Shown here in pieces: positions 53,511 to 62,600 of a stretch of DNA of 64,000 bases. The notes under the pieces were generated by a model. It made no database searches, was not told where the DNA came from, and saw only the letters and a list, made by a program, of their open reading frames with translations. How positions within the stretch are numbered: position 1 is the stretch's first letter; every line of letters begins with the position of its first letter. The position numbers were made by a program, and so were the translations under genes. This DNA comes from a bacterium (GTDB lineage Bacteria; UBA10199; 2-02-FULL-50-16; JAJFLM01): assembly GCA_965216315.1 (NCBI GenBank), contig CBDCFN010000016.1, positions 672,001-736,000 on the forward strand, given 5' to 3'.

Positions 53511-54317
53511 ATGAAAAAATTTAATTTAGGACTTATTTGTTTAGCTTTGTTTGTAGCAACCGGGTGTAATTACGATGGTTATGATTATGATGCACTTGCT
53601 GACGTAGATGACATTGATATCAGCGACAATGCGGGCCATTCAGATGGCACTATTGAAGTGACGAATCAAGAAGAGATGCAAGATATTGATAATGACATCC
53701 CTGAAGCGCAGACAGAAGTTGAAGTTTTTCAGGGTGACTCAAGTGCTGACGAAATTGATATGGCCGATGATAATGACATTGACCTTGAAAAGACTCCAAG
53801 CTGCAAGGTTACAACGAGTTCCGAACAGATAAGAGAGGGCGAAGAAATCCGCGTGACAGTCAGACATTCTTATGCTGTTGCCGGGAGAGTTGTGACAGGC
53901 TGGGTTAGTGAAGGCCGCATAGAACATGAAGTTAAGGAAATTAGCCGGCTGAATCCTGCTGTTGGGTCTCAATTTTCCTTTGATGAAGATGAGACACGGT
54001 CTGCAGGAGCTATCTTCTTGGCAGCCATCGTATGGAATGAAGAGGGTAAAGTAGCTCGATGCTCAACGACCGTCAGTGTCGTTGGTGCGCTTGATTTAGA
54101 TGACAGCGTCATGAATGACATCAGAAATCGTATCCGTGGCCTCGATTTGCAATTCGAAACGAAAATTCCCGAGGTGCCTTTTGGGCCGGATATCGACCCG
54201 GAGAAAGGACTTGTGATTGATGGCGGACTTCCTCAGGTCGATCCACAGCTTCAAGAAGCTGTCTTAAGTCATGGCTTTGGTGAAGCTATCCCGGTGTTTG
54301 AAACGATAAGCGATTAA
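53511..54317 (+). CDS. acidic lipoprotein
   Basis: MKKFNLGLICLALFVATGC lipoprotein signal. SD GGGAG. Two-Cys beta domain shared with the next gene. Confidence 0.85.
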   Translation: MKKFNLGLICLALFVATGCNYDGYDYDALADVDDIDISDNAGHSDGTIEVTNQEEMQDIDNDIPEAQTEVEVFQGDSSADEIDMADDNDIDLEKTPSCKVTTSSEQIREGEEIRVTVRHSYAVAGRVVTGWVSEGRIEHEVKEISRLNPAVGSQFSFDEDETRSAGAIFLAAIVWNEEGKVARCSTTVSVVGALDLDDSVMNDIRNRIRGLDLQFETKIPEVPFGPDIDPEKGLVIDGGLPQVDPQLQEAVLSHGFGEAIPVFETISD

Positions 54318-54349
54318 AAGAGTACACCTCTAAGCACCCACCTCCCGAT

Positions 54350-54382
54350 AGAAAGGCGCTCCTTGTGAGCGCCTTTCTTTTT
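54350..54382 (+). terminator. intrinsic terminator
   Basis: AGAAAGGCGCTC-CTTGT-GAGCGCCTTTCT followed by TTTT. Confidence 0.85.
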
Positions 54383-54435
54383 ATCTGCTATGGATGCTGC
54401 GCTGGTTGTAACGAATAAAGGTTTCCCAAGGGGAG

Positions 54436-54574
54436 GCCTGGGTGTCTCGGATGCGGAGCTGTGGAGGACCACAAGCTTCGACGAGACACCCAGGCTGTAG
54501 GCCATGGCCCTACGGTGCGATGTTATGTGTATCGTAAGTCGGTCGATCATTGTTGCTCGATATGAGTGATCGAC
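54436..54574. other. cluster of intergenic stem-loops
   Basis: 14-bp perfect stem 54436-54449/54482-54495 with nested stems, GTAGG..CCTAC at 54497-54513, and GTCGATCA/TGATCGAC at 54542-54574. Confidence 0.5.
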
Positions 54575-54584
54575 TCAATATAGG

Positions 54585-54602
54585 TGTCTAATATAATAGA
54601 CA
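54585..54602. promoter_or_regulatory. palindromic operator/enhancer site 2
   Basis: TGTCTA-ATATAA-TAGACA. Confidence 0.62.
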
Positions 54603-54729
54603 GAATATAAATATAGATAGAAGCTTAGGGACCTCAGCTGGGGGACTCAAGGCCCTACAGCAGAATCCTTGCCCATTAATAATCTAAATAAAATCAATAA
54701 GATACATCATTTTTGCGATCACGGTATTT

Positions 54730-54745
54730 TGGCACTCCGGTTGCA
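54730..54745 (+). promoter_or_regulatory. sigma54 -24/-12 promoter
   Basis: TGGCAC-TCCGG-TTGCA. Confidence 0.85.
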
Positions 54746-54805
54746 ATACTAGTGAGGCGTTGGATGCAATAATTATTTCCGTCGATGACGGGGGAGGATG
54801 CTGAA

Positions 54806-55975
54806 ATGAAAAAATCAATCAATCTTATACTTGTGGCAGCCCTATTTATTATGGGCGGATGTGCGGGTGAATTGCCGTTGGAAGTCGGTGATATTAAAAT
54901 CATTGACGCTCCAGTTGTTGAAGAAGTGAAGACGGCGCCTGAGACGGTCGAGGCAACTGTAGCTTCAGATGAAGGGGAAGTTGTTGATGCTCCTAACGTA
55001 CAAGAGCTTTGTGAGAATAAGTCCGGATGTCACTGGGTATCTCAGGGCTTCTGTTTATGTGATGACGTGGATCGGGGAACAGATAGTGATGATGAGAATG
55101 TTCAAGATGATAATGGTGATGAAAACCAGGATGAGGCTGCTCCCATCTGTTTTCTTGCGACCGAGAATAGGGATATTGCTCAGGGAACTGAGTTTAAAGT
55201 CATATTTACTGCGCTTAACTCCAATAAAGGTGAAATCCACGTTCTTTGGAATGAGGGCGGAGAGATTGTTTCTTTAGCAGACAAAAGGATTCTGTCTTTT
55301 GAAAACATCCCTGCTTACGGGGTTGAGGTGACGCTCAATGCGCCTCTATCGGTCGGAATGGCCTCAATGAGCGCTTTTACTGAGAATGAGAGTGGGGATA
55401 AATCGTTATGTAACCTGGATATTAATGTCACAGAGGGTTTCAGCTATCTGATGAGAGAGATTCCGGCGACGACTGTCACGATGATTGGGACAGTGAATCT
55501 GGAAGAGAATGAATCACCATGGCCACAGCAATTCAGTCATGAGCAGAGCCGGGTGACGTCCGTACGCAGTTGGGCGGAAGTCGTTTATGCATCAGGAAAT
55601 AACGCCAATGGTTCAGGCTTTGTGAAGGCCTACAATCGGATCGAAGCTGGAACGCTAGAAGGTCTCAATTCTCATTGGGAGCAGACTATTGAGGGCTCTA
55701 ATGTCAAAGTAACGGGAAGTTATGCCCGTTCCTCACAGCTCTATGTGACCAGTCATGATCAATCCGAATGTGTTTCCGGGCGCCGTGTTGCCGGGCGTTC
55801 TAAACTTCATCACTATGATGGTCAATATCTAGCTCGCCCGGACCATCCCGGATTAACCAATAGCGGCTGGAATGTTGATCTTGGCAATATACGAGTGGGC
55901 GACTCCGGTGGAATCATGGCCAGTGGTACAGCTTACTTTGAAGTGACCCCCCCTGGATGTTGCAGTGTCACGTGA
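54806..55975 (+). CDS. lipoprotein, 5' part of a frameshifted beta-propeller gene
   Basis: SD GGAGG. MKKSINLILVAALFIMGGC signal. Frame breaks after the C7 tract at 55947-55953. Confidence 0.75.
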   Translation: MKKSINLILVAALFIMGGCAGELPLEVGDIKIIDAPVVEEVKTAPETVEATVASDEGEVVDAPNVQELCENKSGCHWVSQGFCLCDDVDRGTDSDDENVQDDNGDENQDEAAPICFLATENRDIAQGTEFKVIFTALNSNKGEIHVLWNEGGEIVSLADKRILSFENIPAYGVEVTLNAPLSVGMASMSAFTENESGDKSLCNLDINVTEGFSYLMREIPATTVTMIGTVNLEENESPWPQQFSHEQSRVTSVRSWAEVVYASGNNANGSGFVKAYNRIEAGTLEGLNSHWEQTIEGSNVKVTGSYARSSQLYVTSHDQSECVSGRRVAGRSKLHHYDGQYLARPDHPGLTNSGWNVDLGNIRVGDSGGIMASGTAYFEVTPPGCCSVT

Positions 55976-56870
55976 AGCTATCTATGTCGTTGGTGAAGCG
56001 CGCATAATACGTAATGATAATACGGTCGGATGCGATAGTGAAACCTATGCTGATGCCGCGGTTCTAAAATATGACTTTAATGGAAACCGCCAAGGGTTTA
56101 AACGATATAATCGTGTCCGGTCTGCGTTGACGGCTGTTGATGTGGCCCCGAATGGTACGGTGTATGTTGCCGGTTGGGCTGAAGGCCGAGTGGCTCGAAG
56201 TGACGGAGACAGCCATCAAGGCGCAAAAGATATCTTTGTGATGCATTTGAGTCAAAGACTTGAAGGTATCAGGGCGGTGCGCCAATATGGAACAGAACTT
56301 GATGATGTTGTCACAGATCTAGTTGCTGTTGATAATCTTAATTTCTATGTTGTTGGCCACACACGTGGTGAACTGGACCGCAATGGATACGGCAAGTTCG
56401 AAAATGACCGCGATGCCTTCCTTATGCATTTTCAGATAGATCCCGACTTAAGTACACGTAACTTTTACTCGATGGATACGCATGACATTGTGCAGTTCTT
56501 TCGTGAGGGCGATCAAAGTGCATCCGGCGTTGACTATAGTGTTGACGCCGGGCTCGTAATCGCTGGCCATACGCATGGTGCGTTTACACGTGATGGCCTC
56601 TATGGGCAAAATCATGATGCATTCTTGGTGACGTATCGCGATGTTTCTAATCTACGCCAGAATTTTGGAGTTATTCAGCTCGGAACGGAGAGTACGGAAA
56701 AAGTGACGGGTGTTTGTCTTTCTGCAGACTCGTACTTGATCGCGGGCTACACCCGCGGAAACTTCATTAATCCCGACTCACGTGTTTTGTCTGATAAGGG
56801 TGTCATTTTGCGGGTTAAGCAGGATGGATTAGTCCCGGTCGGAATTAACGAAAATCATTATGTACGCTGA
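55965..56870 (+). CDS. SBBP-like beta-propeller repeats, probably the 3' part of the frameshifted lipoprotein gene
   Basis: AVDVAPNGTVYVAGW, DIFVMHL, QYGTELDD..YVVGHTRG and DAFL repeats. No own signal peptide or clear SD. Confidence 0.72.
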   Translation: MSREAIYVVGEARIIRNDNTVGCDSETYADAAVLKYDFNGNRQGFKRYNRVRSALTAVDVAPNGTVYVAGWAEGRVARSDGDSHQGAKDIFVMHLSQRLEGIRAVRQYGTELDDVVTDLVAVDNLNFYVVGHTRGELDRNGYGKFENDRDAFLMHFQIDPDLSTRNFYSMDTHDIVQFFREGDQSASGVDYSVDAGLVIAGHTHGAFTRDGLYGQNHDAFLVTYRDVSNLRQNFGVIQLGTESTEKVTGVCLSADSYLIAGYTRGNFINPDSRVLSDKGVILRVKQDGLVPVGINENHYVR

Positions 56871-56951
56871 AGCGATATTTAAGCTGTAAACTGCAAAGCC
56901 GAGAGTGTCGATTGGCTCACATGTAAGAGCGGCGCCGGGAGGAGTGCCTTT

Positions 56952-57929
56952 TCAGCGTCTTGGGTGAGTTTGCCTAGGCGCAGCCTGCGTTGGTGCGTGA
57001 ACACCTTTTGCCGTGCTTGCGTTCAAGGAATCGTTCCATTGTTTTATCTCATCGGCGCTGATCTCGTTGCTGTAGTATTGAGCGACAAAGGCCATGCCCT
57101 CATCGGACATCAGGGCGGCTTCGATGCTGCCATACTGATCGCGAAGCTCTCGAAACGTGTTGGCGACCAATCCAAGATTAATGCCTTCTCCCGCGCCGGT
57201 CGGTAAGAGCTCTGGGTACTCAACGATTTCATCGAGTGGAATACCCTCGATTTCTTTGTAGACGGCATCACGATTGATAATCCCTTCCAGGACGGGGGCT
57301 ATTTCGTGAGTGGCGATATCAATCTCGGAGAGGGCCTCGTCTTTTGTGCCGACGAAGATTCGCTCGGCATGATCCAACTCGTGTAAAGCGACAAGATAAC
57401 TCGGATTGAAGTATTGTTCATCGCCGTGAGTGATAACCATACCGCCGATGTCGACGATGATTTCCGCTGACCAAGGTTGGTAGAGATTGGCTTCGTGGAT
57501 CAAGGTAATGCCGGGCCAGGCCGTGTCGTGGCCCCAGTCGATTGCAGCTTGGGGGTCCAGGTCATGTTCTGTGCAGTAATCCAGATAGAGCTGGCTTGAA
57601 AGGCGGTTGGCATCGACCGCCATGGAGACGGGGATCATCTTGAAAGTAGAGCGGCCGTCATCCACTTCGGTGCTGGCAAATCCAGGCAATTGTGGATTAT
57701 CGAAATAGAGGGCGTTGCCAAAACGCAGAAACGCCGGATTGTTCTGGGCAAAAAGCTTGTACTCATTGTGATCCAATGCCGAAAGCCCAACTATGGCGGA
57801 GTCCCATTGATGAATTCCACCCGAATTAATATCTTCAGGAGAGAAAGGATTACTCGGCCCTGTTGGGATCAGGATGTCTGATAGTTTGTCTGTACTGATC
57901 GGAACCAGTATTGTCGTTGCTTCGCTCAT
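56952..57929 (-). CDS. HExxH zincin-like hypothetical protein (paralog 2)
   Basis: YLVALHELDHAER...THEIAPVL. Highly similar to the upstream gene. Confidence 0.82.
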   Translation of the reverse strand: MSEATTILVPISTDKLSDILIPTGPSNPFSPEDINSGGIHQWDSAIVGLSALDHNEYKLFAQNNPAFLRFGNALYFDNPQLPGFASTEVDDGRSTFKMIPVSMAVDANRLSSQLYLDYCTEHDLDPQAAIDWGHDTAWPGITLIHEANLYQPWSAEIIVDIGGMVITHGDEQYFNPSYLVALHELDHAERIFVGTKDEALSEIDIATHEIAPVLEGIINRDAVYKEIEGIPLDEIVEYPELLPTGAGEGINLGLVANTFRELRDQYGSIEAALMSDEGMAFVAQYYSNEISADEIKQWNDSLNASTAKGVHAPTQAAPRQTHPRR

Positions 57930-57932
57930 TCT

Positions 57933-59243
57933 CTAGTGGCTATTTCCAGACATCCGCGGTGTACCGCCGGTTCTGCCGATTGTATTTTGTAGCGGAATAT
58001 GAGTTCCTACTCCTTGGTCGCGCGATACGGCTTTATCGGGGTTGAGAACGTGACTCCATTTCTCTCCCTCTTCGGCACTGATTTCATTGCTGTAATATTG
58101 AGTGACAAAGGCCATGCCTTCATCGGACATCAAGGCCGCTTCGATGCTGCCATGCTTATCACGAAGCTCACGAAAAGTATTTGCGACCAAGCCTAAATTG
58201 ACACCTTCACCAATGCCCGTCGGCAAGAGTTCGGGATATTCGACGACTTCATCAAGCGAGATATCGTTAATAGTTTTGTAGATGTAATCACGATTGATGA
58301 TTCCTGTTAAGACCGTGGCGACTTCGTGCATTGAACTATCCAGAGTCGTAGGTTGGACTTCAGGGCTGCCGACTTCTTTGCGCTCAACGTGACCGAGTTC
58401 GTGGATAGCGACCAAATAGGCCGGATTATAGTAGCCCCCGCTGTCGTCGGTTATGGTCATGCCGGCCATTTCCACGTAGGGCATGGTATTCCAGGAATTG
58501 TACTCATTGCCTTCGTGCGTCCAGGTGACCCCAGGCATAAAATCTCCGTTAGACCAGCTGATAGCGGTTTGCGGGTCCAAATTATTTTGCTCGCAATAGT
58601 CGATATAAAGTTGACGCGCGACTTCATCGGCCTCTTCTGCCAATTTGATAGGAATCATCTTAAACGTGGACCGACCGTCATCTTCCGAATCATTTGTAGA
58701 CCCGGGTAAGAGTGGATTGTCAAAATAAAGGGCGTGACCAAAGCGAAGTAACGCCGGATTGTCCAAGGCGAAGGTTTCGTAGGCTTCAAGTTCTTCGGCA
58801 TGAACTCCAACGATAGGGGACCGTTCATAGTGACGTCCTCCATCATCAGCGTCAGGATCAGCGACGAAAAAGGTAAAGCTTGTGTTAGTCGGATCCAACG
58901 CTACGGAAGTGCCGCCGCGATAGACGTGTCCGGAGAGCATTAAATAACCACTAGTTGATTCCAGGCAGGTATCGTCGCTAACATTATTCGCCATTTGACT
59001 GAAAAACTTTGCCTGGAGTTGAGCGGATGAGTTTTGTGTTAGCCCTGCCTGAATCGAATCGGGAAGTTGACCGTAAAGTATATAGGCATCCGTCGAGGAG
59101 ATCGCGGTCAACAAAGAAAGATCGGCACCGCTTGCTATGGCTTCTTCAAGCTCACGGTCGTTTAAGCTGTCATCATTGTTTTGATCATAAAGGAGCGCAG
59201 CGATACTACCGCCCACCTCTAGAGAGTCTGCTGTTGCACCCAA
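57933..59243 (-). CDS. HExxH zincin-like hypothetical protein (paralog 1) with N-terminal EF-hand-like loop
   Basis: YLVAIHELGHVER...MHEVATVL and DQNNDDSLNDRE. TTG start with SD GGAG. Confidence 0.82.
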   Translation of the reverse strand: MGATADSLEVGGSIAALLYDQNNDDSLNDRELEEAIASGADLSLLTAISSTDAYILYGQLPDSIQAGLTQNSSAQLQAKFFSQMANNVSDDTCLESTSGYLMLSGHVYRGGTSVALDPTNTSFTFFVADPDADDGGRHYERSPIVGVHAEELEAYETFALDNPALLRFGHALYFDNPLLPGSTNDSEDDGRSTFKMIPIKLAEEADEVARQLYIDYCEQNNLDPQTAISWSNGDFMPGVTWTHEGNEYNSWNTMPYVEMAGMTITDDSGGYYNPAYLVAIHELGHVERKEVGSPEVQPTTLDSSMHEVATVLTGIINRDYIYKTINDISLDEVVEYPELLPTGIGEGVNLGLVANTFRELRDKHGSIEAALMSDEGMAFVTQYYSNEISAEEGEKWSHVLNPDKAVSRDQGVGTHIPLQNTIGRTGGTPRMSGNSH

Positions 59244-59340
59244 GTTTTACTTCTCCAACGCGTTTAGTTAAGTGATGTCGGCGTCAGTCGACGCACGACT
59301 CGTATTGATAGTTAATGGCGCACCCATTGCCCGCTAGCTC

Positions 59341-59356
59341 AGCAAGAAATGTGCCA
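59341..59356 (-). promoter_or_regulatory. sigma54 -24/-12 promoter
   Basis: Minus strand TGGCAC-ATTTC-TTGCT. Confidence 0.85.
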
Positions 59357-59578
59357 ATTCGTAGTGATGAAAGGGTGAGATGCTTTTGACCGCTGGTTGA
59401 GAGTCAATGAAAAGGGAAATACAATCCGCGTAGCATTCGTTAAATGTCAATTAATGAGGTAAAAATCCCTAAAATTGAGGTGTAAACACCCCGAAATATG
59501 AAATTTTTTAAAATATTCTAAGTGGGAAAAGGCGCTTGAGTCCCCCATAATCGGGATAATTGAGCTCCTTGGTCGTCT

Positions 59579-59594
59579 TGGCACAAGAATTGCT
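59579..59594 (+). promoter_or_regulatory. sigma54 -24/-12 promoter
   Basis: TGGCAC-AAGAA-TTGCT. Confidence 0.85.
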
Positions 59595-59622
59595 GACTAG
59601 GCGGCTGAGGAGTGTGTATTAG

Positions 59623-62600
59623 TTGGGTGCAGATGCGACTTGTCCCTTAGGGACAGATCCCATTTATGACATCAATGGCGAATTAATAACCGATGCGGCG
59701 GGTGCGCCGATTTGCACCGGTGACGTCATTGACTTGTCCACGATTAAACCCGAATCCATTGTTGTCAATGGATTCACGGGTACGGGAACGGATATGTTCT
59801 ACGTCGTGGAATGTTCCGACGGTTTGTCCGGCGACTGCCAAGTCATCGAAGAAGAATCTTCAGTTCTCTCCAATAGCCAGCAACTCTTGTACGGGCCGAC
59901 AGATTCCATCACCTCGACCTCAAATACTCTTTCTTCGCAAGAGTTCGTCGTCATGCAGCAAGAGCGCATACGTCTTCAGTTGCTTGTCACTCAGGCGGAA
60001 GCGCTTTCAGGTTATGATGCCAGAGACTTGCTCATGGAAGCGGCGCGTGGTTACGCGGAGCTCGGTGATAAGCGAACGGCAGCTCTTGTCGGGTATCAAG
60101 CTTACGAAATCAAAAATGGACTTGGTAATCGGGATCGAGAGGATGTTGCGAGGTGGGCGCGCAGTGCCGACCTCTACCATATTGCCTATAAGCTGTATAA
60201 AGAAGGTGAGGAGATCTTTGATCTAGAAGAGTTCCTCGCTGACGATGACCCCGACAATAAGTGGCTCCGAAAAATGTTGACGGACCTAGATGAGTGGACC
60301 GATGCGGCGCAACGCCTGATTGATGCAGGTTATTATAGTGATGCTTTAGCGGTGCTTGAGTACGCGGAGCATATCAATGAAGGCGACGTCAATCCCGATA
60401 ACGGGGCCTGTTTGTTCTTTTGTCCTTATACGGAACCGGAAGAGAATATTTCCGATGAAATCCGCCGCCTGCAGGCGATTGCCGAAGAAGGTCCGTCTCT
60501 GGTTGAAGCGCCTATGCTTAGTGATTTACCGCTGCTTGAGGATTTGCCAGCGGATTCCGCTGTTGATGCCACGACGACATTCACGATGGAGTATCTTCAG
60601 GGTGAAGCGCTGGCCCGACTTGAAGTCCTGGAAAGCTTTCAAACGACTTCAAATCTGAGCGCGCTGACGGATCGGGCGGTAGAACTGATTACCGTAGGTT
60701 ATATTTCATTGCAGCAGGGTGATCTCGAACAGGCGTGGATTCAATTGGATGAAGGTTTTAGGCTTTACGACGGTTTAATTAGATATCGAGAAGCTGAATC
60801 TAAATATGTAGCGACCATGAATTTCTTTGCCGCTTCGCTGCCAACCAATGGCACGTTTCCCTCCGGCAATTTCAATTCTCTCGGTGAGTTGGCAGATGCC
60901 TGCGAGGGTGATCGTTATTACGCCAATTTTTCCGGAAACGTTCTCTACGATCAGTATTCGGCGGCGGATGAAACCATCGTCGCAGCGGTCGATGCTCTCT
61001 GGTACTTTAATACGAATAAATCTCCGGCGAATAACCGTGGTCCGATTCCCCAAACGCTTGCCGATCTGAATGCCGTTACGGCGCAATACGAAACGCTGGC
61101 GCAAAGTCCGGAAGTTGTTGCTTTTGTGCAGTCGGTGCAGGAGGTCCAAGGTCAAGACTATCTCGAACAACTCGCCGATGAACCGGCCTTTGCGGATCGC
61201 GTCGCGCTTGGTACCAGCATTGAAAAGCTGACGGTCATGTTGGCGGTTCAGGAACAGCTCGGTTCTGACCAATTAGAGTGGAACGAAGAGTCATTGAATC
61301 AGGTGCGCGCTGAGCTTGTCAACTTGGCCATGACTTACGGTGAGGACGGTGAAGCCATCGTCGCCACGTTGCAAGGACTGAATTTTAGTGATGCCGCGCA
61401 GCACGAAGTTGGAAAGACGCAGTTGATTCAGAGCATTGAGGATATCGCAAAACTCGAAAAAGCGCAGGCTTTGGATCTATTAGACGCGAATATCGAGCAT
61501 ATTGAAGAGATGGACACGGATGACGAGGATCCTCTGAAGCAGATTGCATCTGATGTGGCGGATGTGAGGGGCTCCTGCGCGACTTTGTCGGCTTACCTGG
61601 ATGATGTTCAACGCTTGGCGGAAGATTTAACATTAGAGACTCAGGATCGCACGGCCTATTCCATGCTGCAGATGACGGAAGAGCAGCTGAAGCCCGTTGC
61701 GGAAATGTGGAGCACGATTAATGCCGGCGTGACTCTCGGTGGTTTATTGCCGGACCGTGAATTGGATGGGACGAATGCTCATGATGCGTACATTAGTCGT
61801 CTTGAAGATGTCCGTGACACTATCGCGACGATTCGCAACTTGAGTCCGACGCGTTACAACGCAGCGGAGCGCCGCGCGGAATTGATTCAGGACGTTAATG
61901 CTGAATTCAATCTGCTCGTGGGGCCGCAGCACCAGGCTTACTTCGCCGAATACGCGGAAGATGCGACCTATTTCAACTTGGCCGTGGGCGCGGCCGTTAT
62001 CGTCGGGTCCATGATTGTCGGTGGCTGGATCGGCGGCATCGCCAAGGCCGGGGCGATGACGATGGGAGCCCCGCGCATGGTGGCGAGCGCGATCGGCTTT
62101 ATCGCCAATATCAGCGCGTTTACGACGACCGAATTGATCTTGATGCCGGGGCAGCAGCTTTGGGATAGCAACTTATCGACCGGCGATAATGTGACGAAAT
62201 TTTTGGGACGTTTCGGTCATAACGCCGTCATCGTCGGGACTTTGGGAGGGACCCTGAAGCTCGTCAACCGCGGCGCGGAATCCGTTATTCTTGCGCGTGC
62301 TGAAAGTCAGTTGATTAGTGAAGGGGCAATCGTTGCCGGCGAAGGTTACAGTATCGAGATGGCGACGCTCCTCTTTGAGCGCGCGGCCACGATACGGGCC
62401 ACTTGGACGGCGACGGGATTGGTCTACGGCACGTCATTTGCGGCGGAAGGAACCGTGTTTATGGCCCTGAATACCGGTGAGGCCGTTTATCAGCATGGTC
62501 TTTCGAAGGGTCTCGACCAATCGCTTTTCTCTGAGCAGGCCTGGCGGATGAATTTCCTTAACTTACTGCTGATCAAGACGATGCATCGTGGGGTGACTTA

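Noticed and set aside
54314..54550. 78-aa minus-strand ORF
   Set aside because: It runs through a terminator and hairpins, has no recognisable motif, and is better explained as non-coding.
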